From a virus (Duplodnaviria > Caudoviricetes), in the IMG/VR virus record IMGVR_UViG_3300033076_001342, positions 1-44,671 of that record: a stretch of 44,671 bases of DNA, one strand, 5' to 3'. Positions 36,868 through 44,671 of the stretch are shown here, one piece after another. Both the position numbers and the translations under genes were made by a program. The notes beneath the pieces were generated by a model, which saw nothing but the letters and a program-made list of their open reading frames with translations, made no database searches and had not been told where the DNA came from. Positions within the stretch are counted from its first letter, which is position 1. Every line of letters begins with the position of its first letter.

Positions 36868-37638
36868 TCAGATTTCGCCGCGCCCGCCAGGACCCTCGCC
36901 ACCACTCACTTCACCCTCGACCACGGATTCGTGGGCAGCGCGGACTTGTTGCGTCTTGAGGACCTCGTACAGGGCCTCGGCCTGACGGTAGACCTTTTCC
37001 GGCGTGAACCCGGCCGGTTGGACCACGAAGTTCTTGAACTTCTGGCCCTCCTTGTTCTGGTCAGTAAACGTGGTCAGCTTGTAGACGCGGCTGAAACGAT
37101 CGCCGCCGCTGAGTTGGATCAGGGCGTTCCACTTGCGGCTGACCTTCGCCTTGGTCTTCGGCATCGAAACAACGATCTGCTCGATCGTGGCCAGATCCGG
37201 CGTGATGCGCAGCCCGTACTGGACCGGCGTATCGACGATTTCCAGATCGTCCGGGTCCTCGCCATCACCCGCGGCCTCATGGATCCGGGCTTCGGCGGCG
37301 GCCATCGATGCATGGCTGCCGAAGAAACCGCCGCCCTTCTTCTGGTCTTTCCAGACCAGGTATTCGAGGCGGTAGTAGACCGGCACGAAATAGGCAGTGT
37401 CGCCAATGATTTCGCCGGTCACGGAATTGAACATGAGGCCCTCCCGGGCGTCTTCGTTCGTTTCCTTGATCGGGCTCAGTGCCTGCACGATTTCCAGGCG
37501 CGGCAGGACCAGATCATTGGCTCCGACTTCCTCGGAACCCCGGGCTCCTTCCTTGTTGATCCAGGCCGGTGCTTCAGTCGCGAAAGCCAGTTCATTCGTC
37601 GCGGCGACCGCTGCTTCAGTCTTCTTGGCTGTTGCCAT
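36868..37638 (-). CDS. Putative ssDNA-binding/replication protein
   Basis: D..LPRL.IVQ.LS motif, strongly biased codons, acidic/Gly C-tail, upstream of polymerase. Confidence 0.6.
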   Translation of the reverse strand: MATAKKTEAAVAATNELAFATEAPAWINKEGARGSEEVGANDLVLPRLEIVQALSPIKETNEDAREGLMFNSVTGEIIGDTAYFVPVYYRLEYLVWKDQKKGGGFFGSHASMAAAEARIHEAAGDGEDPDDLEIVDTPVQYGLRITPDLATIEQIVVSMPKTKAKVSRKWNALIQLSGGDRFSRVYKLTTFTDQNKEGQKFKNFVVQPAGFTPEKVYRQAEALYEVLKTQQVRAAHESVVEGEVSGGEGPGGRGEI

Positions 37639-37639
37639 T

Positions 37640-37897
37640 TCAATCTCCAGTTTTCAGGGGCGGTTGATGGATTGCGTCAGCGTGCCCCGATACGTGTGAC
37701 GCAAGAGTTTCAAGATGATAGATAGCGGCGTCGATTTGCCCGTAGATGTGGTCGGGCTGGCCGAAATTCGTGTGCATCCCGCGCCGCAAGATTTCGGCCG
37801 CGATCGCGGCGTCTTCAGCCGAAATCGACAAGTTCACTGAAGTAGCGATCGCGGCGCCTGGTACCACGGTGAAATTAAACGCGGAATGGATCGGCAT
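37640..37897 (-). CDS. Hypothetical protein
   Basis: 85-aa ORF with AGGA RBS. Confidence 0.6.
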   Translation of the reverse strand: MPIHSAFNFTVVPGAAIATSVNLSISAEDAAIAAEILRRGMHTNFGQPDHIYGQIDAAIYHLETLASHVSGHADAIHQPPLKTGD

Positions 37898-37907
37898 ATT
37901 GAGTTCC

Positions 37908-38202
37908 TACGGGCCTGGGGGGCCGTGCGCCCTGAGGGTTGGTCAGTCGGAAATAGGTCAAAAGCGATTCTGATGTCATAACAGTCGGTCAGTCGGGCCT
38001 AAAAAGTGCTAAATTCGGTCAGTCGGAGTTCCCCAGGCGTTTTGTGTGGTATCCTGGGATCACGCCAATTTCCAATTTGGTTGCCACGGTTCACGCGACT
38101 CTAGCTACGGTATCGGCCAACACCTACTGTTCAAGGCACAGAGCAAGCCTTTTCCCTCAACGCGACACACGGCCCCCCAGACCCGCATTGCGGGTCTGGG
38201 GG
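37908..38202 (-). ncRNA. Putative structured non-coding RNA
   Basis: ~295-nt intergenic gap in a tightly packed operon; ends pair over ~30 nt with G-U wobbles; three copies of CCGACUGACC; internal hairpins. Confidence 0.6.
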
Positions 38203-38526
38203 TTACTTCTTGCGGGCCAGCAGCTCCCCCGGCGCCCGGTAATCGGCCATGGTTTCGGTGTTCACGTCGATTTCGGTCGTCCAATTCGCCTGCTGGATCG
38301 CGGCGTCGACGAGCCGCAATTGGCGGGCATGCCAGTCGTACGCGTGGAAGACCTCAGATTGGGACAGGAGCGGTACGTGGACGATGAAATCGTCGAGACC
38401 CTCGTGCGCCTTCTGCCTGCCCGCCTTGATTTCGAACAGGTCTTTGTCCTTGATGGTCTTGAGTTGGTCGATCTTGGCCTGGAGTTCTTTGCGCCGCAAA
38501 AGCGCTTCAGCGAGTTTGACTTGCAT
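38203..38526 (-). CDS. DIP1984/DUF6847-like coiled-coil protein
   Basis: MQVKLAEALLRRKELQ N-terminus and LR.VD.AIQQANWTTEI C-terminus match the family pattern as recalled; AAGGA RBS. Confidence 0.7.
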   Translation of the reverse strand: MQVKLAEALLRRKELQAKIDQLKTIKDKDLFEIKAGRQKAHEGLDDFIVHVPLLSQSEVFHAYDWHARQLRLVDAAIQQANWTTEIDVNTETMADYRAPGELLARKK

Positions 38527-38579
38527 ATGGTTCCTTGATTGGCTTATCCACGTGTTGGCGGGCACGTGGGACCCGGGCA

Positions 38580-38984
38580 TCAGGCCTTGACGATAGACGC
38601 CCGCACGAACGGCGACACATTGAAAATGTCTTCGGGGATTTCGACGCCCTCAGCGAGTTGACGACGGAACAGCGCCTTCAGACTCGAGGCGTTGTAGGTT
38701 TCCGTGATCATGTCATCATAACCACAATCACGGAGCCACTGCATGGCAGCGCCCTTCTGACCTTCGCGAGTCGATGCGTGGATATCGGCCCCAAGCTGAA
38801 CCCGCCCCAAGCCTTCGAAGGTCGCGGTGCGGACCCCCAGGCTCTCCATGATCTGAGGAATGACACCAACGCGCAGCGCGTCGAGCTGCTTGTTAATTTC
38901 CGTCAACTCGGACTCCAGTGCGTCCTTCCGGACTTGGAGGTTCTTCATCTCGAGGCACTTGCCCCGCAGATCGTCCATCGACAT
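38580..38984 (-). CDS. Conserved phage replication-region protein
   Basis: IP..M..LG, WLRD.G..D.I, N.SSLKA pattern. Confidence 0.75.
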   Translation of the reverse strand: MSMDDLRGKCLEMKNLQVRKDALESELTEINKQLDALRVGVIPQIMESLGVRTATFEGLGRVQLGADIHASTREGQKGAAMQWLRDCGYDDMITETYNASSLKALFRRQLAEGVEIPEDIFNVSPFVRASIVKA

Positions 38985-38997
38985 CGCTATCTCCTAT

Positions 38998-39351
38998 TTA
39001 AGCGCCAACGGCCTCTGCGCCCATGTGAATCACACGATAACGCTGCTCCTCGCGGCGCCACACGAGGAAACGAGGAACCTTACCAGCACGCCCCAACAGG
39101 TAGCCAATCGCCATAATCGCGGCGGGCTGCCCGGTCGGCACGATGAAATCAATGCTCGGGTTGTACTTCCCGACGAACCGGGCCACGTCAATCGCCCAAT
39201 TCACCATCACCGAACCATTTTGATACATCGGCAGGTCGGTCTTGGTGATGAACTCGATATCCCCATACTCGTAAGCCGGGGCCAGATCCATCGGCGCGGG
39301 ACCGGAATCGGTGCGGATCATTTGCTCTTTGACAACATAGACGGTAGCCAT
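38998..39351 (-). CDS. Hypothetical protein
   Basis: ATAGGAG RBS; D..PA..YG, D.I..TG.P, L.W.R....Y; extended -10 TGATATACT upstream. Confidence 0.75.
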   Translation of the reverse strand: MATVYVVKEQMIRTDSGPAPMDLAPAYEYGDIEFITKTDLPMYQNGSVMVNWAIDVARFVGKYNPSIDFIVPTGQPAAIMAIGYLLGRAGKVPRFLVWRREEQRYRVIHMGAEAVGA

Positions 39352-39378
39352 CTCTATCTCCTATCGGGGTCGAGTATA

Positions 39379-39546
39379 TCACACCCGGGGCAGGGGCACC
39401 AGTACCATTATGGCTATTACTTCAATGATGTTATATGCCAGCAGCCCGGCTAAAATCGCAGCAACCAGTCCGAGCCACGAATGATCAAGAGCTTCCCATG
39501 TGATCATAGCAAGCACAACAACTAGACCGATTTGGATGACATTCAT
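39379..39546 (-). CDS. Small membrane protein (55 aa, not in the ORF track)
   Basis: MNVIQIGLVVVLAMITWEALDHSWLGLVAAILAGLLAYNIIEVIAIMVLVPLPRV; starts 3 nt after the helicase stop. Confidence 0.55.
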   Translation of the reverse strand: MNVIQIGLVVVLAMITWEALDHSWLGLVAAILAGLLAYNIIEVIAIMVLVPLPRV

Positions 39547-39549
39547 GGT

Positions 39550-41343
39550 TCACCCCATCATCACGTCTTCAAGTTTCACGCCGGCCTTGATCTGCGCGAT
39601 CAGGTACTCTTCGATCCCCATCTTTTTCTGGATCGATTCTGCGATCGATACGTCCACAGTTCGCTCCATGATCATATCAATGACTGCGACACTGTTTTTC
39701 TGACCGATGCGATGGGCGCGATCCTCGGACTGTGCCCGATCAATGTATGCGTTTGTTCCGGAATAGTAGAACATGACATCGTTCTGACCAGAAATCAGCG
39801 TCAGACCCAGGCCGGCTGCAGTCGGATTACCAACGAAGAAACGCATGGTCGGATCTTTACAATACCGATCCTCGATTCTTGAACGATCCGACATCGCGGT
39901 TGCCCCATAGTAACACTCGACTGAATCGGCGCCGTATTCGGCGACTAGAGCGTCGCGGATCGCCTCGATTTCGTACATGAACGTCGACCAGATGATGAAC
40001 TTCGATCCGAGATAATTGTCCGCGATGGTTTCGAGCATCAGTTCCATCTTAGGGTTTGCGCCCAGCGGCTCGATGGTCGTTTCGATTTCTCGGACCATCT
40101 CACCGTCGACCATTTTCTCGACCCATTTGCCTCTGGGTAGGTAACCCCCTACAATCTGGCGAAGGCGCAAGATCTTCTCAAGGGTATTCTCGACTTTGAT
40201 CAACGGATCGTCGGCCTGGGTGGCGCCCTTCAAAACGACCCGGAACAGCCGCTTCTGCTCAGCAGTGGCTGAACACGGCAATTGCTGGGGGAGTTTGGGT
40301 GGCAGGTCGAGAACATCTTTCCCAACTTCGATCGTATATGGCTCGATTAACCCCATCAGCTCTTCCATGTTTTGGTAGCCGATGATTTCCTTGTTCTCGA
40401 ACCCACCCATCACGAGATAATGGGTCTTATACGCCCAATAGTCACCCGTCCCGATTATGTTCGGGTCCAGGAATTCATATTGTGCCCAAAGGTCTTCAAT
40501 CCCTAGGGCGATTGGGGTTCCATTCAGTATGCCTCGCACTTCAGACATGGCGCCGAGTGTGATCGCGCGCTTAGTGCGTTTTGCGTCGGGGTTCTTGATT
40601 CGGCTTGACTCATCGCAAATGGTCATCACCCGGCCGCCCAGGTAGTATCCGCAGACCGAATCGTAGAGGCTTTCAGACACCCCCAGGCCCTCGACTGAAA
40701 TCGCCAGAACTTGAAGCTTTTCGGTGCGGCCTTTGTTATAGAAATCTTGAAGCCAGCTCGCCTTACTGTCGTGGATCCGGAAATCGTACGGGCCGGTAGC
40801 GTATTTGGCGAACTCTTTTTGCCAGACCGTGCGCAGCGTGGACGGGCAGATGATGGCGAGTTTATCGATTGTGCCACCCTGAAAATGCGCAAACGCCAGA
40901 TGGATGGCGGTGAATGTTTTGCCCGTTCCCATTTTCGCGAACCACGCGAATGACTTCAGCCCGAACGAATGATCGAGCATCCGATCCTGGTGGGGCATCG
41001 GATTGAATTTGACCTCGGCTCGGTCAAACCGATACAGATGGCGCGGGAACGGGACCTTCTTAGGCGCCGCCATCAGGGCCTCAGCGTTGCGGATAGCCTC
41101 GGCCGCCTCTCCGGTGACCTCGAAGTCATACTTGTGTTGGTTGGCTTCCAGATGCTTTATGTTTGCCTTCAGCAGAGGGACCTTCCACGCCTTACTCTTG
41201 GGATCGAACCGTCTGGACGGGAATTCGCGGGTGACGGCGTTCAAATGGAACGGCGCCACCACCACGAGTTTTTTGTTTTTGGCATCATACGACACCTTGA
41301 TCGTATTGTTCACTTGACGTGTTCCAGGAAATTTAGGTTCCAA
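39550..41343 (-). CDS. SNF2-family (SF2) helicase
   Basis: MGTGKT, ICP, DESS, NGTP, GLGLTL, QSEDRAHRIGQ. Confidence 0.92.
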   Translation of the reverse strand: MEPKFPGTRQVNNTIKVSYDAKNKKLVVVAPFHLNAVTREFPSRRFDPKSKAWKVPLLKANIKHLEANQHKYDFEVTGEAAEAIRNAEALMAAPKKVPFPRHLYRFDRAEVKFNPMPHQDRMLDHSFGLKSFAWFAKMGTGKTFTAIHLAFAHFQGGTIDKLAIICPSTLRTVWQKEFAKYATGPYDFRIHDSKASWLQDFYNKGRTEKLQVLAISVEGLGVSESLYDSVCGYYLGGRVMTICDESSRIKNPDAKRTKRAITLGAMSEVRGILNGTPIALGIEDLWAQYEFLDPNIIGTGDYWAYKTHYLVMGGFENKEIIGYQNMEELMGLIEPYTIEVGKDVLDLPPKLPQQLPCSATAEQKRLFRVVLKGATQADDPLIKVENTLEKILRLRQIVGGYLPRGKWVEKMVDGEMVREIETTIEPLGANPKMELMLETIADNYLGSKFIIWSTFMYEIEAIRDALVAEYGADSVECYYGATAMSDRSRIEDRYCKDPTMRFFVGNPTAAGLGLTLISGQNDVMFYYSGTNAYIDRAQSEDRAHRIGQKNSVAVIDMIMERTVDVSIAESIQKKMGIEEYLIAQIKAGVKLEDVMMG

Positions 41344-41651
41344 TATGCATGGTTGTTGTACGGACCCACTGCCGGGACCAATGCGGCCTCATTCCCACAA
41401 GCACTGAACCACAGTATCTTGAAATAATGACCTGGGTTCATCTTCGATTGAACGATTTGCCCGGCATAGAATCTCGGCGGCGTCGAAATGGGCGCCGGAG
41501 CAGGGGCAGGCGCGGTAGGAAGTGGCAAATCGGTGCTGAGTTTACCATCAGGGCCGATCTTGAACCCGGGGCGCGGCGCGGGGGGCGGGTTACGTGATTG
41601 AATCTTCTTCTTCCAATCAGGATCATTGATAGCAAGTAGTTCGTGAAACAT
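41310..41651 (-). CDS. Hypothetical protein with Pro-rich linker
   Basis: AAGGAG RBS before ATG 41651. Confidence 0.55.
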   Translation of the reverse strand: MFHELLAINDPDWKKKIQSRNPPPAPRPGFKIGPDGKLSTDLPLPTAPAPAPAPISTPPRFYAGQIVQSKMNPGHYFKILWFSACGNEAALVPAVGPYNNHAYWNLNFLEHVK

Positions 41652-41653
41652 GA

Positions 41654-41845
41654 TCACTCCTTCCGAGTCAACCGAGCAACACAATTTCCGGAGCGCGTAT
41701 CGTAACGCATCCCCCGGACCTGACATTCATGCCTCATTTCATCGTGGTATTCTATGTTCATTATCATGAACCAAATGAACATAAAACATGAAATCACACA
41801 CACACCAGAAAGCCACGTGAGAACCTGAAGAGTATCGACTTTCAT
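41654..41845 (-). CDS. Small membrane protein
   Basis: One TM helix then C...G.......C. Confidence 0.6.
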   Translation of the reverse strand: MKVDTLQVLTWLSGVCVISCFMFIWFMIMNIEYHDEMRHECQVRGMRYDTRSGNCVARLTRKE

Positions 41846-42138
41846 TTCACATTCTCCTCACCCGGTTTCGGGGCATTGAGCCTGATCAATTGAAGATCTG
41901 CCGTATACACCGGAACGATCCGATTGAATTTGGCGGTGGGCTCGACCGTCCACTGTTCGATATAAATGACTCCTTCCTTGTTCAGGATGTCGCACGCGCG
42001 TTCGGCGGCCTCTGGCCTGCACCCCAACGCATCGGACAATTGCAGTGCCGTCATCGATTCGCCGGCCAGGATCGCCAACATTTTGGCGATAAGGTCAACC
42101 GAGAAACGCTGACGGCTGATTTCGTCTTGGATGCTCAT
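41842..42138 (-). CDS. Putative winged-HTH DNA-binding protein
   Basis: MTALQLSDALGC.......C..L...G.I; ATGA-coupled start at 42138. Confidence 0.6.
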   Translation of the reverse strand: MSIQDEISRQRFSVDLIAKMLAILAGESMTALQLSDALGCRPEAAERACDILNKEGVIYIEQWTVEPTAKFNRIVPVYTADLQLIRLNAPKPGEENVK

Positions 42139-42758
42139 GCTGCGCCGCCTTCCTTGCCGATGCCGTGGGCGCGTTCGATCTCGTCGGCGATGGCATCTCG
42201 CCACGACTTGCTGCCGTTAAGCATCATCACCTTCTCTGCCATGGAGTAGGCGTCAAAGCGCTGCGCAGCGGTCAGCGGCTTCGCAGCCTGGGGTGCGGTG
42301 TAGAGCGGCACTACAACAGACCGCGCCTTCGTGTACCCGCGGGCCGATTGCTGGCCAAGCCGCTTCGCGCGTCGGCGCTCTGCGCCCTCCCGCGATGAGT
42401 GTGCCGAGTGGAATGCGCCGGTTGGGCCAACAACGGCCCATGCCGCGGGCGCCTGAGCCTTCAGCGCGGCAAGCTCGGCGCGCAGTTGCCCCATTTCTTC
42501 GCTGATGCGGGCATTGATTGATCGCACGTTGTCGCGCTCTGTCTCCAGCGCCGGGATGGTGCGGAGCATGGCCTCAGCCTGATCACGCACATCGTGGCTG
42601 TGGGGGTCAACATCCGCCATGGAAAGTCGGTCGGCCAGCACATCGGCCGGGTGCTTGTCGCCACGCTTGTCGCCACGCTTATCGGTTTGGCGGACAACAG
42701 ACCCCGCCGAAGTTGAAGAGGGGATATCCGCGCCGAACGGCTTTGAAGATGAACTCAT
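42135..42758 (-). CDS. Hypothetical accessory protein
   Basis: PAAW...PLYTAPQ...AIE.AHGI mosaic motifs of phage accessory genes; DKRG micro-repeat. Confidence 0.7.
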   Translation of the reverse strand: MSSSSKPFGADIPSSTSAGSVVRQTDKRGDKRGDKHPADVLADRLSMADVDPHSHDVRDQAEAMLRTIPALETERDNVRSINARISEEMGQLRAELAALKAQAPAAWAVVGPTGAFHSAHSSREGAERRRAKRLGQQSARGYTKARSVVVPLYTAPQAAKPLTAAQRFDAYSMAEKVMMLNGSKSWRDAIADEIERAHGIGKEGGAA

Positions 42759-43009
42759 GGCTTCACATCCTCGAATCGAATGATGTTAATGAACCCGGCC
42801 GGCTCGCGGCCCCAGATGGTGAACGTGCCATCACGCCGCATGTCGACCCGTGCGAACTCAACCATGACACCAGGGCCGAATTCGGAGAAGTACTTCGCGT
42901 ACCACATAAGCGGATCGTGGACGCGCAAAATCGGGATGACAACCTTTTCACCGATCGTCTTGGTGAGCGCCACAATCTCGGCAAGCTTACTCTGCTGCTC
43001 GGGTGTCAT
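42755..43009 (-). CDS. Hypothetical protein
   Basis: GAGGA RBS before MTPEQQ at 43009. Confidence 0.65.
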   Translation of the reverse strand: MTPEQQSKLAEIVALTKTIGEKVVIPILRVHDPLMWYAKYFSEFGPGVMVEFARVDMRRDGTFTIWGREPAGFINIIRFEDVKP

Positions 43010-43087
43010 GATGTCCTCTATTGAAACTATTGTTGGCGGGCTTCCCATCCCGCCTGTCCGGTTTGCCCCAGCTAGCTCGGCGGGCAA

Positions 43088-43828
43088 TTAAGCCGCCTCG
43101 GGTTCCTTCTCGGCTTTTTCAGCCTTCCTCGCCTCGCGTTCGGCGGCCTTGGCCTTCTTGGCGGCTTCATCGGCGGCGGCCTTCTCGGCACGCTTGGCGG
43201 CCAGCTCGTCGGTCCGGGCCTTTACTTCGGCCGCTCGGGCTTGCTTGGCGCCAGCCACCGTCAGCGCCGGGTCGACTTCTGCGATCGCCGCCAGGATGGC
43301 TTCCTGGTTCAGCTTGCCATTCTTCAGGGCGCCGCGGACCAGGTTGCGCAGATTCATCGACTGCTGCCCGACGTTCAGGGCGGCGTACTTGTTGATGGCC
43401 ATTTCGAGCAGCTTCAGGCAGACGGCGATCACGCCGGCCGGCAGCAGCGCAGCGAATGCCGTGGCCACCGGGTCGCCGGAATGCAGGCGGCCATTCGGGC
43501 CTTTCACGTAGTGGTCCTTGGCGTCGCGCAGGGCCAGCATCGAACCCGTGTAGCTCAGGCCCTTGGCCTTCAGCTCTTCGGCACGGGCAGCAGCGGCCTG
43601 TTCACGTTCGGCCTTTTCGGCCGCAGCTTTCTCGGCCTTGGCAGCGGCTTCGGCGGCCTTCGCCTTCTTGGCGACTTCGGCTTCGGCCTTCTTCGCTTCC
43701 TTGGCGGCTTGGGCTTCGGCGGCCTTCTTTTCGCGCTCGGCCTTGGCGGCGGCCAGCTTTTCGGCTTTGGCGGCGTCGGCCTGGGTCTTGGCGGCGGCCT
43801 GGGCTTGCGTGTCTTCGGGCTTCGTCAT
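43088..43828 (-). CDS. Ala/Lys-rich protein, paralogue of 2129-2830 (alternative TTG start at 44071)
   Basis: GAAGGA RBS before MTKPEDT; AK-rich flanks around YTGSMLAL...GDP...LNVGQQSMNLRN core. Confidence 0.8.
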   Translation of the reverse strand: MTKPEDTQAQAAAKTQADAAKAEKLAAAKAEREKKAAEAQAAKEAKKAEAEVAKKAKAAEAAAKAEKAAAEKAEREQAAAARAEELKAKGLSYTGSMLALRDAKDHYVKGPNGRLHSGDPVATAFAALLPAGVIAVCLKLLEMAINKYAALNVGQQSMNLRNLVRGALKNGKLNQEAILAAIAEVDPALTVAGAKQARAAEVKARTDELAAKRAEKAAADEAAKKAKAAEREARKAEKAEKEPEAA

Positions 43829-43866
43829 CGCGGTTCCTTCGGGGTTGTTGAAAATCGAGAACCCCG

Positions 43867-43896
43867 ATTGGACCACGGGTGCGGGGGTGCTGTCAA
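43867..43896 (-). promoter_or_regulatory. Possible sigma70 promoter
   Basis: TTGACA-18 nt-TCCAAT with TG extension, upstream of ATG 43828. Confidence 0.45.
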
Positions 43897-44067
43897 CCCC
43901 TGCGGATTGCGGTTCGGCGGACTTGGCGGCACGCTTACGCTCGGTGATGATGGAATTTCCCACGGTAACTCTCCAATCGACATATTTGAACGTGCTGCTC
44001 GGGGAAGAAAGGATCGATATGGCTGATGCGAGCAGCGGATCATCAGGTCGATCTGGGTGGTTGCGGG

Positions 44068-44671
44068 TCAATACTTTTCAGCCTCTTCTCGGGTCAAGAA
44101 GAAGTGGATGCCGGACGTACACTCATTCCACCGGTCCGTATCAAATGGGTCGGTCGGGGTGACTTCCTTGCCTTGTTCGTATGAAAACGAACGATCGTGC
44201 ATGGAGTATTTCACACCTTCACATTCAATTACGACAGCTTTCGAAGCACGGCATTTCCGGCCCGTGGCATTGCTCCGCAATGCGTCCTCTGGGATACGAA
44301 TCTTGATCACTGATCTGTCAGAGACCTTCTTGTATCCGATGATTTCACCTTCGGGTACAATAACAGTCCAAGGCATGGGCGGAATATTTATGGCGCCCCG
44401 CAGGTTGGCGTCTTGGAGGTTGGCGTCTTGGAGGTTGGCGCCTTGGAGGTTGGCGTCTTGGAGGTTGGCGCCCCGCATGTTGGCGCCCCGCAGATTGGCG
44501 CCCCGCAGATTGGCGCCCCGCAGGTCGGCGCCCCGCAGGTCGGCGCCCCGCATGTCGGCGCCCCACAGGTTGGCGCCCCGCATGTCGGCGCCCCACAGGT
44601 TGGCGCCTTGGAGGTTGGCGCCTTGGAGGTTGGCGCCTTGGAGGTTGGCGTCTTGGAGGTTGGCGCCCCGC
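44068..44671 (-). CDS. Pentapeptide-repeat protein, C-terminal part with DUF5758-like domain
   Basis: GANLR/DANLQ repeats then IGYKK...IPEDA.RS.ATGRKCRASKA...FD.DRWNECT.GIHFF.TR.EA. Confidence 0.85.
   Translation of the reverse strand, partial: RGANLQDANLQGANLQGANLQGANLWGADMRGANLWGADMRGADLRGADLRGANLRGANLRGANMRGANLQDANLQGANLQDANLQDANLRGAINIPPMPWTVIVPEGEIIGYKKVSDRSVIKIRIPEDALRSNATGRKCRASKAVVIECEGVKYSMHDRSFSYEQGKEVTPTDPFDTDRWNECTSGIHFFLTREEAEKY
44392..44671. repeat. 15-bp tandem repeat array (pentapeptide codons)
   Basis: About 18 imperfect 15-mer units running to the contig end. Confidence 0.95.

Noticed and set aside
37941-38026. Mini-CRISPR or TIGR-like guide array
   Set aside because: Repeats are only 10 nt with unequal spacing (46 and 30 nt); no Cas, Nop-domain or reverse transcriptase gene seen; kept as part of the ncRNA finding
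42653-42684. 12-bp tandem repeat encoding DKRG
   Set aside because: Short in-frame slippage duplication in an accessory gene; no evidence of function
1-44671. Integrase, repressor, RNA polymerase, tRNA genes, introns/inteins
   Set aside because: No supporting motifs or cloverleafs seen by eye; TerL, polymerase and helicase are of normal length

Overview
The window looks like an essentially complete ~44.6 kb genome of a lytic, tailed dsDNA phage with a podovirus-type (P22/LUZ24-like) head-tail-ejection module. The assembly opens and closes inside a 15-bp tandem repeat that encodes a pentapeptide-repeat protein. The + strand (~4.1-29.8 kb) carries packaging and morphogenesis genes: TerS, TerL, portal, GroES-like co-chaperonin, scaffold, major capsid, Ser/Thr-rich fibre proteins, a glycosyltransferase and methyltransferase, adaptor, nozzle, ejection proteins, tailspike and a holin-like protein. 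The - strand (~29.8-44.7 kb, continuing through 1-3.6 kb) carries early and replication genes. These include a complete 2-aminoadenine (Z-genome) cluster: a DpoZ-type family A polymerase, PurZ, MazZ and DatZ, next to a primase-helicase and upstream of an SNF2 helicase. Structure not explained by the gene calls: (i) a ~290-nt closed, structured putative ncRNA with three identical 10-mers, directly downstream of a 'KLAEAL' (DIP1984/DUF6847-like) coiled-coil gene; (ii) early promoter+leader cassettes sharing an ATAG-N3/4-ATAGGAG motif; (iii) long perfect inverted repeats and iterons in the control/terminus region; (iv) a pair of Ala/Lys-rich paralogues; (v) no recognisable endolysin. All calls come from reading motifs by eye; no database searches were run.
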